Positions 1 to 8,633 of a stretch of 62,339 bases of DNA are shown one piece after another. The notes below the pieces were generated by a model that did no database searches, was not told the DNA's origin, and saw only the letters and a program-made list of their open reading frames with translations. The DNA is taken from positions 1 through 62,339 of IMG/VR virus record IMGVR_UViG_3300045806_000066. One strand, given 5' to 3'. This DNA comes from a virus. Taxonomy: Duplodnaviria; Caudoviricetes. Every line of letters begins with the position of its first letter. Position 1 is the first letter of the stretch. Both the position numbers and the translations under genes were made by a program.

Positions 1-127
1 GTAACTCCGCTATCGGGCTGGCTCGCTTCAATCGGTTGCGCCTTGGAGAAGTCCAGAGTTACCGTGCCGTCAGCCATTATTGCGCCAGTCCAAGATTGCT
101 TTTGCCGTCGCTCCAGTAAAGTTTCCC
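1..127. repeat. Terminal direct repeat, left copy (circular-assembly overlap)
   Basis: Identical to 62213-62339. The 127-bp length equals a common assembler k-mer, and gene order is continuous across the junction. Confidence 0.95.
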
Positions 128-1636
128 GTCACTCCCCGGCACCTTCATCGTTGCTCCCGCAGGAGGCTTGGAAGCCGCCGCCGGTTGCTGCCTCGGTTGC
201 GTTGCTGCGGCCCTAGGTGCGGATGGTGCAGCGGCTGCAGACTGCGCCGCCTTGCCGTACACGCCGTACTGTGTGGCCTCAGCGTCCTTCGCCTGCTGCA
301 GTTCCGCGTTCTTGGCTGTGCGGCGGTTCTCCAAGTCATTAAGTGACGCGGTGATCTGGTCCTGATCTTCCTTGTCGAGATCGTTCCATGCGGCCTTGTT
401 CTTGGTCACATCGGGGACCGCGCCGCGCCTCACGATCTGGTTGCGCTCCTGCTGGAACGGTTGCTGCATTTTCTGAAAATCGCTATTCCACTTGCTTTCA
501 AACGCCTGCGGGTCTTTGACGTGCGCTGGCCCGGCTCCGATACGCAGAGCTTCGCCGAGTTGCTCCGGCGTCAAGCTGTCCGGGTCAAGGTTATGAGCGG
601 CGGCGTAGGATGTCACTTTCGCCAAGGGAACTCCCTTGAGTCCGGTGTTTGATCCCGGCGTGGTGCGATCATCCTTGTTGGCGCGGGCGAGTGCCGCGGT
701 AATCAGTGCATCAGTCTTGCGGGCATTGGTCGTCGCATTGCGATCGGCAATCTCTGCCCGGTTCCGGTTGTACTGCTCAACGTCGTCCTCATGCTGCTGG
801 CGAGTATCGGCAGTCTTGGCCGCATTGGCCTCCGTCTCCGCATTCTTCTTGGCGGTGAAGATATCGCCGAACACCTTGGCGTTCGCCGTGGTGTCGGTGC
901 CGAGGTTCCGGCCCGCATCGTACTGATCCTTGGCGTCGGCTGTGATGTTCTTCAACTGCTGGTCGTCGCTGGCCACCGTAGCGCCCTGCCTTGCCACGTC
1001 GCGGCCGTATTGTGCGGTCGGGTCGCCGTAGCCCGGCACGCCTTCATTGCGGGGATCGATTCCACCCAACACGGCGCCACGGAAACCGCCCCGCATGAGA
1101 CCTTCCACTCCACCCAGCACGCCTCGCAGGACTTGCCGTCCGGTCGATGGCTTATAGCTTGCGCCGGTGGTCGGACTGGTTCCATGAGGGTCGATGTACC
1201 CGGCGTCCTTCTGACGTTGGGCCTCGATAGCCTTCCGCTGATCGGTGAGCGCATTCCACTGATCCTGATTCGCGTCGGTGCGCTGCTCTGCCTTGAGCGC
1301 GAGTCTGCGGGTGTTGTCGAGGTCCGGGTCTGATGCTGGCTGGCCGTTGGAGACATTCGCGCCCGCCGTGCCAGGCGAGGCGGTACCTCTTGCTATCGAG
1401 CCCCAATCGGTAGGCTGTGATGGTGCTGACGCAGCACTCGCCATCGGTATCTGATCCGGCTGGAGCATATTGGCCTTGAGTGTGGAAGGTTGCGCGACAC
1501 CCGCCCCATACTGACGATTCTGCAGGTACTTCATCACCGCATCGGGATCTTTGATTGCATCCTTAGGGTCGATACCGCTCGCGCGTAAGGGGCTCGAATC
1601 GTCGATCAGACTGGAAACATCGTAGTCGTTTGCCAT
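77..1636 (-). CDS. Putative internal virion/DNA ejection protein
   Basis: A/Q/D/G-rich and helical-looking, with a Gly-rich hydrophobic patch (GVLGGVEGLMRGGFRGAVLGG). It lies between the tail genes and the giant protein. ATG at 1636 has GGGAG upstream, and its TAA overlaps the giant gene's ATG across the junction. Confidence 0.6.
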   Translation of the reverse strand: MANDYDVSSLIDDSSPLRASGIDPKDAIKDPDAVMKYLQNRQYGAGVAQPSTLKANMLQPDQIPMASAASAPSQPTDWGSIARGTASPGTAGANVSNGQPASDPDLDNTRRLALKAEQRTDANQDQWNALTDQRKAIEAQRQKDAGYIDPHGTSPTTGASYKPSTGRQVLRGVLGGVEGLMRGGFRGAVLGGIDPRNEGVPGYGDPTAQYGRDVARQGATVASDDQQLKNITADAKDQYDAGRNLGTDTTANAKVFGDIFTAKKNAETEANAAKTADTRQQHEDDVEQYNRNRAEIADRNATTNARKTDALITAALARANKDDRTTPGSNTGLKGVPLAKVTSYAAAHNLDPDSLTPEQLGEALRIGAGPAHVKDPQAFESKWNSDFQKMQQPFQQERNQIVRRGAVPDVTKNKAAWNDLDKEDQDQITASLNDLENRRTAKNAELQQAKDAEATQYGVYGKAAQSAAAAPSAPRAAATQPRQQPAAASKPPAGATMKVPGSDGKLYWSDGKSNLGLAQ

Positions 1637-1646
1637 GAGTTCTCCC

Positions 1647-2225
1647 TTACTGATTTCCAGCGTAAGCGGCACCGATATCCGTGCCCGCCTTCATACCACC
1701 CGCCATCAGGCTTTCCCAGAAGGACGGAGTTTGACCGGCCTTCTGCATCACGTCGAGCGCCCCGTTAGCTCCGGCGATGGACTGGCCATACAGTCCGGCC
1801 TCCAGTTCTGCGGGTTTGGCGCTGGCGTTCAGAACCTGATCGTTATAGGCGGCCTGGTCGGCGGTGCGGGCCGCATCGGCTTGTGCTTCCTGTCCGGATA
1901 GGTTGCGCTCGTTGGACTCGGAAATCGCTTCCGCCGTGGCGTTGGCGCTGCCCATGTTTTGCCCAGTTCGCAGCGCCTGGTCCTGCAGCGCGGCCTTCTC
2001 GGAACTCGCACCAGCGTCCGAGGTGTTGGCGAGAACCTGAGTCTGATCCTTGGCGAACTGGCCGCCGGGAGCATAGGGATTTTCGGACGCGAACTGGCCG
2101 AGCTGGGACTCGTAATTGCCAATATCTGTCTGCGCATCCTTGTAGGAGGTCTGCGCGTTGTTATAGTAGCCCTGGTTCTGGCTGGAGGCCGTATTGAACG
2201 TTTGTCCTTCTTGTCCGCGGCTCAT
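1647..2225 (-). CDS. Putative small ejection (pilot) protein
   Basis: Q/A/N/G-rich 192 aa with a Gly/Ala-rich C-terminus, at the position typical of podoviral ejection proteins. Confidence 0.55.
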   Translation of the reverse strand: MSRGQEGQTFNTASSQNQGYYNNAQTSYKDAQTDIGNYESQLGQFASENPYAPGGQFAKDQTQVLANTSDAGASSEKAALQDQALRTGQNMGSANATAEAISESNERNLSGQEAQADAARTADQAAYNDQVLNASAKPAELEAGLYGQSIAGANGALDVMQKAGQTPSFWESLMAGGMKAGTDIGAAYAGNQ

Positions 2226-2647
2226 AATTGCTCCTTGGATAAATCCTTGAAAAAGTTGGAAAACCTGCCGTCCTCGCAGCTAAACCCGGCGCGCTTCAAG
2301 CGTCGGCCGATGGGCTTGGAAACGATAGTTGGAACCTTGCAATTGATTCCGGTAACGCCCTGCTGGCGGAGAAGGTACAAGATGAAATCGGAGTCCTTGA
2401 ATATCGCGCCTTCGGGATCGCGCCCGCACATCATAAGTTCGACGGTGGTGCGCTCAAACCAAACGCACTGTGTGATTTTTAAATCACACACGACGACCAG
2501 CGCCAGAGCAATGTTCGGCGCGAATCCACCGCCTCTGGCGAACAGTGGGGGGATGGGGTAACTCGTCCCGTCGCGCTCGTTCTGCGTGCGGTGGCACTCC
2601 ACGATAGCGGGCCAGTCGCTCGGTCGGGCAAGTCGTACCTCACTCAC
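2222..2647 (-). CDS. Virion-module protein, possible GNAT-like fold (T7 gp13-like position)
   Basis: N-terminal VRLARPSDWPAI and C-terminal LKRAGF resemble GNAT motifs. It sits between the nozzle and ejection genes and overlaps both neighbours by 4 nt. Confidence 0.45.
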   Translation of the reverse strand: MSEVRLARPSDWPAIVECHRTQNERDGTSYPIPPLFARGGGFAPNIALALVVVCDLKITQCVWFERTTVELMMCGRDPEGAIFKDSDFILYLLRQQGVTGINCKVPTIVSKPIGRRLKRAGFSCEDGRFSNFFKDLSKEQL

Positions 2648-2802
2648 TTCGTTGTCTTCTGCAATGCTGCGATTTGCGCCTGGAGTGCCGCAATCTGGAT
2701 AACATGCGTAGCGGCTTGGTTGGTCAGCAGGATGAGAGTGTTATGCAGGTCGCCGGCACCTTTGGACGCTGCGGCAATCTGCGATTTCGTTGGGAGTGCC
2801 AT
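2644..2802 (-). CDS. Small 52-aa coiled-coil protein (not in ORF track)
   Basis: MALPTKSQIAAASKGAGDLHNTLILLTNQAATHVIQIAALQAQIAALQKTTK, with GGAG upstream and a GTGA overlap with the next gene. Confidence 0.65.
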   Translation of the reverse strand: MALPTKSQIAAASKGAGDLHNTLILLTNQAATHVIQIAALQAQIAALQKTTK

Positions 2803-2814
2803 GTTGACTCCAAG

Positions 2815-2834
2815 AAAAACCGCCCGTAGGCGGT
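2815..2834 (-). terminator. Intrinsic terminator
   Basis: ACCGCC-TACG-GGCGGT-TTTT on the minus strand. Confidence 0.6.
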
Positions 2835-2857
2835 CGGTGGTAGTGGTGCGATGAACT

Positions 2858-2941
2858 CTATGCAGCGGGGAAGTTCAGTCTAGCGAACTCGCCATGAAGC
2901 CTTATGACAGTTGCGTCATAAGCTCTCGCGGCTTCTATTGC
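2858..2941 (-). pseudogene. Remnant of the C-terminal AP2 domain of an HNH-AP2 homing endonuclease
   Basis: Translates to AIEAARAYDATVIRLHGEFARLNFPAA*, matching the AP2 end motif EAARAYD...GEFARLNFP. There is no nearby in-frame start. Confidence 0.8.
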
Positions 2942-2963
2942 GCCTGACGTTTCCCATATTCTA

Positions 2964-5900
2964 CTACCCTTCCAGTGCTCCTCTGCCAGAAAAGATTGGA
3001 CGGATGAACACGCACATATATTTTATGTCTGACCATATGTCTGGTTGACAACCATTTGTAAGGCGAACCCTCCATCTTTCATTCGTCTTCGGCGGCGTCA
3101 TGCGCGAGATTCCGATGGACTGATCGGGCTTGAGGTCTACCGGGCGCACCTTCAATTCCTTCGAGCTTCCCGATTCGTCCCAATCGTTCGCCATGTCGCG
3201 CCCGCCGAGAAACGATACCTGCAGCGGTCCGTTCCCGCGAGCGTTCAGGTTGAAACCGTGGATCTGGCATACCGACAGCATCCGGCCCTGGGAGGTCGTC
3301 TCGTACTGGTCGTCAATCCCTGCTCCGTTGTCGTTGTAGACGCCCGGAGTTACCGCATGTAGCCCGCCATCTGGCCCGCTCGATCCATAGATGAATTGCG
3401 AGACCTGCGCGCGTACCGGACCCTGATCGGTGCCCACGGCTCCCTCGTTCGGAATAGGAACGTCGGGGATGATGCGCTCAATGCGACCGGCCACGAAGGC
3501 GGCGATATCGTTGAATGAAAACTTACGGCAAGCCTCAATCGTGATCTCCTTGCTGGAGTAGCGCGAGAACATCAGAGGATTTTGCCAGCCCTCCTCGTAG
3601 TTGATGACGATCTCGCAATTCGGCACCGTACTCCCGCCAACCGGCACGCCGACGTGGACTTCTTTCTCCTCGTCGTCGATCGACACCCAGATAGTCTGCG
3701 CTGCGAGCCAGTTGATTGTGTTCCAGAACTTCGGAATTTCCTTGATGATAAGTTCCGGCTCGGTCTCGGTGTACATGTAGATTCCAGAGCGGTGAACGAA
3801 GATCATAAAGCTCTTGCAGACATCGGCAGCGCGAGGTCCGCATGGGCCTACACCGTGCCAACGTTCCACCACGTCCCACGAAGCAGGGTCGCCCGCGTTC
3901 GGGGTAATGACGAAGCCGCTCCTCTCCCGCAGCGCGAAGATGGTTTCTTTGTACTCCCTCACCGCAAATGTGCGCTGTCCGTCGCCTGCCCCAATCGGCA
4001 GCGGACTGGTGTCGCCGTAGTAACTCTCGCCATCAGCGGCGAGTGAAATCACGCAGCCCGTTTCGTATCCCGGCACCCCACACTGGAATACCCTTTGCGT
4101 GGTTGCGGAAAAATACGCACTTACGCATGGGTTTGGCTCGATCACTCGAAGCCGGTCGGTAATGTCGAGTCCCTGTGAGCCGATGAGATAGTCGTCCGTA
4201 AAGTTGAATTGCGCCGAGGTCGTGGTGTTGTCGTTGAGTACCGTCGAGGTCATCAAGATACCGTCGGACAACTGATTCTGTGCGATGACGTAGAACGGGC
4301 CTGCAGGCGTTCCCCCGGAGACAGTGATACCGACATACCGCTTGACCGTGTTCGATGGCCCGGTGGGAATCAGCGTCGCAACCAATACCGATTGCGTTAA
4401 GTACGTGATGCGGACGTAAACATCGAGGCCAGCCGGAAAATCGCCAGATACCGATTCTCGTGCCAAGGTGGGGCCAGTCGTCGGTGCAGCTACCACTCCC
4501 GCGGTGGAGGCAGCGGGAGGCGTGACACCAAGAGCTTCGCCGATGATGGTCATGGTCCCCGGTGTCACGGTGCCGTCGGTAGCGGTCACACATTGCACCG
4601 TGCCAACCAGAGCAAAGGCCGTGGGGAGCGGGGCCGGTGCGCCATGCGCCACACTTGCCTCGTAGACATTTGCGCCAGTAATCAGCGAGCCTTTATAGGT
4701 GACGGAAACCGAAACCGCATCGCCGAGGACCGTATTGGATATCACCGAGGCTGGGCCAGGCAAGGTCTCGTTGTTCGGGACCGTGCATGGCGAGTCGGCG
4801 ATGGCGTTGCGCACAATGCCGGAAATGGTGCCGATGTCGTTGACGAATGCCGTTGCCATATAGCGGACGCCGGAAGCGATGTTGCCCTGCATCTGCGCCG
4901 TGTTCACGGTTGGAGGTGGTACTCCAGTTGCCGATGCGTCGATGCCTGGGGTGTCGGTGTCCTGATAGGTGCCCACCAGTTTGTAAGCTGTGCTCGCTGG
5001 TGCCGCCGATCCGTGGGCCACGTCCGCCTCGTAAAGATTGACGCCAGTGAGCGCGATGCCGTTGGGAACGGAGATGGCGGCCTGGATCGCATCGCCCGCA
5101 GCGGTATTGCTGAATGTCGACGCTGCGCCCACGGTGGTCTCGCCATTCGGGTTGACGTAGGTCTCAAGAACGTACACGTCTCGCCCAGCGGGGAAAGCAC
5201 CGCCGCCTGGGAGCCGCGTGAGTACCGGGCCAACGGTCGGCGGCGATAGCAGGCCGGGGAGAGTTGAGGCAAACTGCGTGGTCGATTCGGCCCAAATTAC
5301 CGTGCCGTCGTTTACTGTTTCTGTAACAGACTGAGTGAGATAGGTGACGAGAACGTACACGTCGTAGGCTGCCGGGATGGTGCCGCCGAGCGGAATTCGA
5401 GTCAGCGTGGGAGCTGTGACGGGCGTCGGCGTCGCGCCGGCGGTACTGGCCGTTGGCGGCGGGTTTCCGATGGCATCCGTGGTGATGAGAAAAGTGTTGC
5501 CGGAGGCATAGATCGAGCCGAGGAGGTTGAACGCCGTGGTCGCCGGGGCCGCCGAGCCATGCGTGACTGCCGCGGCGTAGATGCGGGCGCCGCTGACCAG
5601 AGGATTCGCCCAAGTTGCCGCCACCACGATCGCATCGTCGAGCACGGTGTTGATGATCGAGGCGGCCGGGCCGGGCAGCGTCTCGCGGATTTGCGTCGGC
5701 CATTGCGGCTGCACAGCGCCGGTAATTCCGCCCTGGATGCACTGGTAGGTGTGGCCGGTCTGCTTTGCGATGGTCGTGCCGGTGGTCTGTCCGGGAAGAA
5801 TCTGCACGTAGGATGGTGTTACCACCTCGCCAGCCACGTAATTGTGATTTGCCAGCCATCCTGCGCCCACCGGTTTGAACCCGTAGGGATTCAGCGCCAG

Positions 5901-6350
5901 CGTCTTCAGGTTCAAGGTTGCCATCGCGGACGTAGGCGCGGTGAGGTCGGAGAAGGCGAGGAATCCGCAATTGAATCCCTGCGCGCCGATCATGTGCGAG
6001 GCAGACGGTAGAGTTACCAGCGTGCCGGCGATCGCAACCGCATCGCCGGAGCCAACCGGGGATTCCCGCTGGAGATTACCCTCAAGGTCGAAGAAGACCG
6101 GAATCTGGGTGTAGAGCTCGCCCGCAGCTTCGGGCGTGTATATCGCGCCGAGCAGTCCTGTGATGGGAGCTTTGGCGAGTCCCTGGATGGCGAGCTGGAT
6201 ACCGTAGCGCGTCTTGACGCTGGTCAGCGAGAACTTCTTGTTGCGGCATACGGCGGCCACGCCGATCGGCAGATTGTCCGGGCTGTCCTGATCGACCTGT
6301 CCGCAGAATCGGTTGAACTCGACCGGGGTCGCGCCTGAGAAGTTTGCCAT
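2964..6350 (-). CDS. Tail nozzle/tubular protein B-like protein with inserted repeat domains
   Basis: 1128 aa, beta-rich, propeller-like C-half (GVGPCGPRAA, FVHRSGIYMY), downstream of the adaptor. It has three internal ~110-aa repeats. Confidence 0.7.
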   Translation of the reverse strand: MANFSGATPVEFNRFCGQVDQDSPDNLPIGVAAVCRNKKFSLTSVKTRYGIQLAIQGLAKAPITGLLGAIYTPEAAGELYTQIPVFFDLEGNLQRESPVGSGDAVAIAGTLVTLPSASHMIGAQGFNCGFLAFSDLTAPTSAMATLNLKTLALNPYGFKPVGAGWLANHNYVAGEVVTPSYVQILPGQTTGTTIAKQTGHTYQCIQGGITGAVQPQWPTQIRETLPGPAASIINTVLDDAIVVAATWANPLVSGARIYAAAVTHGSAAPATTAFNLLGSIYASGNTFLITTDAIGNPPPTASTAGATPTPVTAPTLTRIPLGGTIPAAYDVYVLVTYLTQSVTETVNDGTVIWAESTTQFASTLPGLLSPPTVGPVLTRLPGGGAFPAGRDVYVLETYVNPNGETTVGAASTFSNTAAGDAIQAAISVPNGIALTGVNLYEADVAHGSAAPASTAYKLVGTYQDTDTPGIDASATGVPPPTVNTAQMQGNIASGVRYMATAFVNDIGTISGIVRNAIADSPCTVPNNETLPGPASVISNTVLGDAVSVSVTYKGSLITGANVYEASVAHGAPAPLPTAFALVGTVQCVTATDGTVTPGTMTIIGEALGVTPPAASTAGVVAAPTTGPTLARESVSGDFPAGLDVYVRITYLTQSVLVATLIPTGPSNTVKRYVGITVSGGTPAGPFYVIAQNQLSDGILMTSTVLNDNTTTSAQFNFTDDYLIGSQGLDITDRLRVIEPNPCVSAYFSATTQRVFQCGVPGYETGCVISLAADGESYYGDTSPLPIGAGDGQRTFAVREYKETIFALRERSGFVITPNAGDPASWDVVERWHGVGPCGPRAADVCKSFMIFVHRSGIYMYTETEPELIIKEIPKFWNTINWLAAQTIWVSIDDEEKEVHVGVPVGGSTVPNCEIVINYEEGWQNPLMFSRYSSKEITIEACRKFSFNDIAAFVAGRIERIIPDVPIPNEGAVGTDQGPVRAQVSQFIYGSSGPDGGLHAVTPGVYNDNGAGIDDQYETTSQGRMLSVCQIHGFNLNARGNGPLQVSFLGGRDMANDWDESGSSKELKVRPVDLKPDQSIGISRMTPPKTNERWRVRLTNGCQPDIWSDIKYMCVFIRPIFSGRGALEG

Positions 6351-6363
6351 GTTACTCCAAAGG

Positions 6364-6386
6364 AAAAGGCCGCCGGTTGGCGACCT
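6364..6386 (-). terminator. Terminator-like hairpin, near copy of 12898-12922
   Basis: AGGTCGCC-AACC-GGCGGCCT-TTT on the minus strand. Confidence 0.55.
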
Positions 6387-6429
6387 GTGATCGTGCTGAA
6401 ATTGAAGGGCCCACCCGAAGGTGAGCCCT

Positions 6430-6507
6430 CTATGGGATCGGGACTCGAACCCGAACGACCTGTGATCCGGCCTCTTGGCCTGCGTCTACCAATTCCGCCA
6501 TCCCATA
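6430..6507 (-). ncRNA. tRNA-like RNA (Leu-type D arm, long variable arm) with a truncated anticodon arm
   Basis: TATGGGA-TG-GCG GAATTGGTAGA CGC-A-GGCC AAGA GGCC-G-GATC ACA GGTC-GT-TCGGG TTCGAGT CCCGA-TCCCATA-G. Perfect 7-bp acceptor and 5-bp T stems; no encoded CCA. Confidence 0.8.
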
Positions 6508-6553
6508 CTTGCGGGCAGGCCATGCGAAAACCTGCCCGCAACTGCTTTGTATC

Positions 6554-6925
6554 CTACGCCCCTTTGGGCGCAATCATCTTCAAAGTTACGGTGCCGCCGG
6601 AGATCGCCGCCGGGTACGCGCCGCTGCCCAGTTCCACGCCTTCCGAGGTCCAGAACTTGAGCGCAAAGCCGGAGAGCGTAGCCGCCTGAATCAGATCAGC
6701 CGTGTAGCCGCCGATGGATGCCTGCTCGACGCTGGGCGGGACCTGGGGAACTTGACCGGGGAGCGACGGGGAGAGCGCGTTCGGGTCTTTGATGTTGGAA
6801 GCAACCAGCGAGCAGGGATCGCCGCCGATGCCGGTGGTGTAGTTTCCCGACATGGTTGCGGCAATGTAGGTTTCCAGCGAGTTGACCGCGTTGACTTGGC
6901 GAAGGACTTTCAGGGCGACGGACAT
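6554..6925 (-). CDS. Small beta-rich virion protein (decoration or tail accessory)
   Basis: 123 aa from MSVALKV, with AGGAG upstream, in the structural operon. Confidence 0.55.
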   Translation of the reverse strand: MSVALKVLRQVNAVNSLETYIAATMSGNYTTGIGGDPCSLVASNIKDPNALSPSLPGQVPQVPPSVEQASIGGYTADLIQAATLSGFALKFWTSEGVELGSGAYPAAISGGTVTLKMIAPKGA

Positions 6926-6942
6926 AGCATTTCTCCTTGAGA

Positions 6943-7620
6943 TTACCGCCGGCCGTTGAGTCTGCCTGCGCGGAAAGTGGTGGATTGCTGTTCGCGGACG
7001 AGTTGATCGGCCACGCGGTTGAGAGCACTGGTTTCGAGCGCCCCGTAGGATTGTACCCATTCCGGATTGCCGCGCTCGACGGCCGCCAGCGCCGCGGCAC
7101 CGAAGGCGAGGACGTGGCCCATATCGGGATGCACCAGAATCCAGTCATCGTCTTTCAGTAGCGGGGGAGGATTGAACTCGCCTTTCACCTGCAGGTCGAT
7201 GGCGATTCCGAACGGCGTGATGAAGACCACGTTTGACCGCCATTCAAATGACGCCTGAGAGCATCCCAAGCCATTCGGCTGGATCGGCAGGAGGTCAGGC
7301 AAGTCCTCCACGCGCGCAATCGTCTGGTACTGGTTCTCGGGTGCCCCGGCTGGTTTCCATTTCAACCGGAGCGGATTGGTGAGGCCCAGCAAGGGACCGG
7401 CAGCGGTTCTCTGCTGGGCTGTCAGGTCGGTTGTGCCAATGGGGAGATTCGGGAGAGTAATCACCTTCGTCTCGAACGGGCTGCACGTTCCCTTGAGCGT
7501 GGAAATCTCAGCTTCGTAGGCCTGGTTTATGAACGGCAGCAGGAAAGCGTTTGTGAGACTGTCCTGGTCGGGATCGGACAGCAGCCCGGCAATTCTCCCC
7601 TTCAACTCATTGACGTTCAT
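6943..7620 (-). CDS. Head-tail adaptor (tail tubular protein A-like)
   Basis: N-terminal helix pattern (ELKGRIAGLLSDP...FINQAY) and C-terminal P..GHVLAFGA, directly upstream of the nozzle gene. Confidence 0.65.
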   Translation of the reverse strand: MNVNELKGRIAGLLSDPDQDSLTNAFLLPFINQAYEAEISTLKGTCSPFETKVITLPNLPIGTTDLTAQQRTAAGPLLGLTNPLRLKWKPAGAPENQYQTIARVEDLPDLLPIQPNGLGCSQASFEWRSNVVFITPFGIAIDLQVKGEFNPPPLLKDDDWILVHPDMGHVLAFGAAALAAVERGNPEWVQSYGALETSALNRVADQLVREQQSTTFRAGRLNGRR

Positions 7621-7623
7621 GGA

Positions 7624-8565
7624 TTACTCCGCCGCGGCCTTGTCGCGGATGGCCTTGATGCGCTTGACTTCTTTCCAGCCTGCGGCGTTGAGGAGCTGGA
7701 ACGACACATCGTTGTAGGAGACATCGCCTTCTTGGTACGCGCGAACCGGGTCGGTTACCTTGTTGCAGTTCCCGCACATGTAGGCGTTTGCCACGAGCGG
7801 CTTCCGGCACTTCTTGCAGAGGGTGTCTGGGGCGGGCGAGTGGTTCAGCCAGGGCAGCGACTCGATCATCGCCCAGCCCTGCGCAATGGCGAAGTTCGCG
7901 TACCGGCGGTGCTCGCTGGTGATGTTCTTCACCTGGGCCGGGTCGGACTGGTAGGAATGAGCCTGCTGGATCTTCGCCATGCAGTGCGAGCGCATCGACT
8001 CGTTGGCCTCGTCCCAGAGTTGAGCCAAGCGGTACGGCTTGGTCGCAACCAAACTGGTACCGTCTTCCAGAATCTCCAGATAGGGGGCGCGGACCTCAAA
8101 CTTCTTATCCGCCATCCGGTCGAGCAGGTCGATGGTTCCCTCGAAGACCATCACGCCGCCCATGACGCCGCCGCTCATGTCCTGGGTGGTCTCCATGTAC
8201 GTCTTGCGGAACTCCATCGCCTGCTGGACCGGCAGGACGGAAATCAGGTCGTAGTCGGCAATCAGGTCGGTGCCGTTGTTCGCCGAGATCATGCCCTTGA
8301 ACGGGAAGGCGAAGCGGGGCTCCGTGAGGGTCACAAAGCTGTACTTCTCGCCTTCTTTGCGGGCGGGGACCGTGGCGACGACCAGCGAACCAGCCTCGAC
8401 GATCAGCGGGAACGGGTTGAAATTGACGATGGTAGCGGGCTGCAGGCGGCCTTCCGCCTTGAGCGTCTTCTCCGCGGCGCGGCGTTTCATCTGCAGCTTT
8501 TGCATTCCGGCGCCGATGGCTTGGCCCTGGGGACCGATGGGACGTTGCTGAGTTGCGGTGGACAT
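7624..8565 (-). CDS. Hypothetical protein with a C-terminal Zn ribbon
   Basis: 313 aa, CKKC-x10-CGNC, GGAG RBS. Confidence 0.7.
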   Translation of the reverse strand: MSTATQQRPIGPQGQAIGAGMQKLQMKRRAAEKTLKAEGRLQPATIVNFNPFPLIVEAGSLVVATVPARKEGEKYSFVTLTEPRFAFPFKGMISANNGTDLIADYDLISVLPVQQAMEFRKTYMETTQDMSGGVMGGVMVFEGTIDLLDRMADKKFEVRAPYLEILEDGTSLVATKPYRLAQLWDEANESMRSHCMAKIQQAHSYQSDPAQVKNITSEHRRYANFAIAQGWAMIESLPWLNHSPAPDTLCKKCRKPLVANAYMCGNCNKVTDPVRAYQEGDVSYNDVSFQLLNAAGWKEVKRIKAIRDKAAAE

Positions 8566-8582
8566 AGTGTTTTCTCCAATGG

Positions 8583-8603
8583 AAAAAGCTCCCGAAGAGA
8601 GCC
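8583..8603 (-). terminator. Intrinsic terminator with UUCG loop
   Basis: GGCTCTC-TTCG-GGAGCT-TTTT on the minus strand. Confidence 0.6.
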
Positions 8604-8633
8604 GTTGTGAGTGTTTCTACGTGGAAAGAATCT

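Noticed and set aside
1-127. 127-bp terminal repeat as a biological DTR
   Set aside because: Its length matches a standard assembly k-mer and it cuts through coding sequence, so it is best read as a circularisation overlap.
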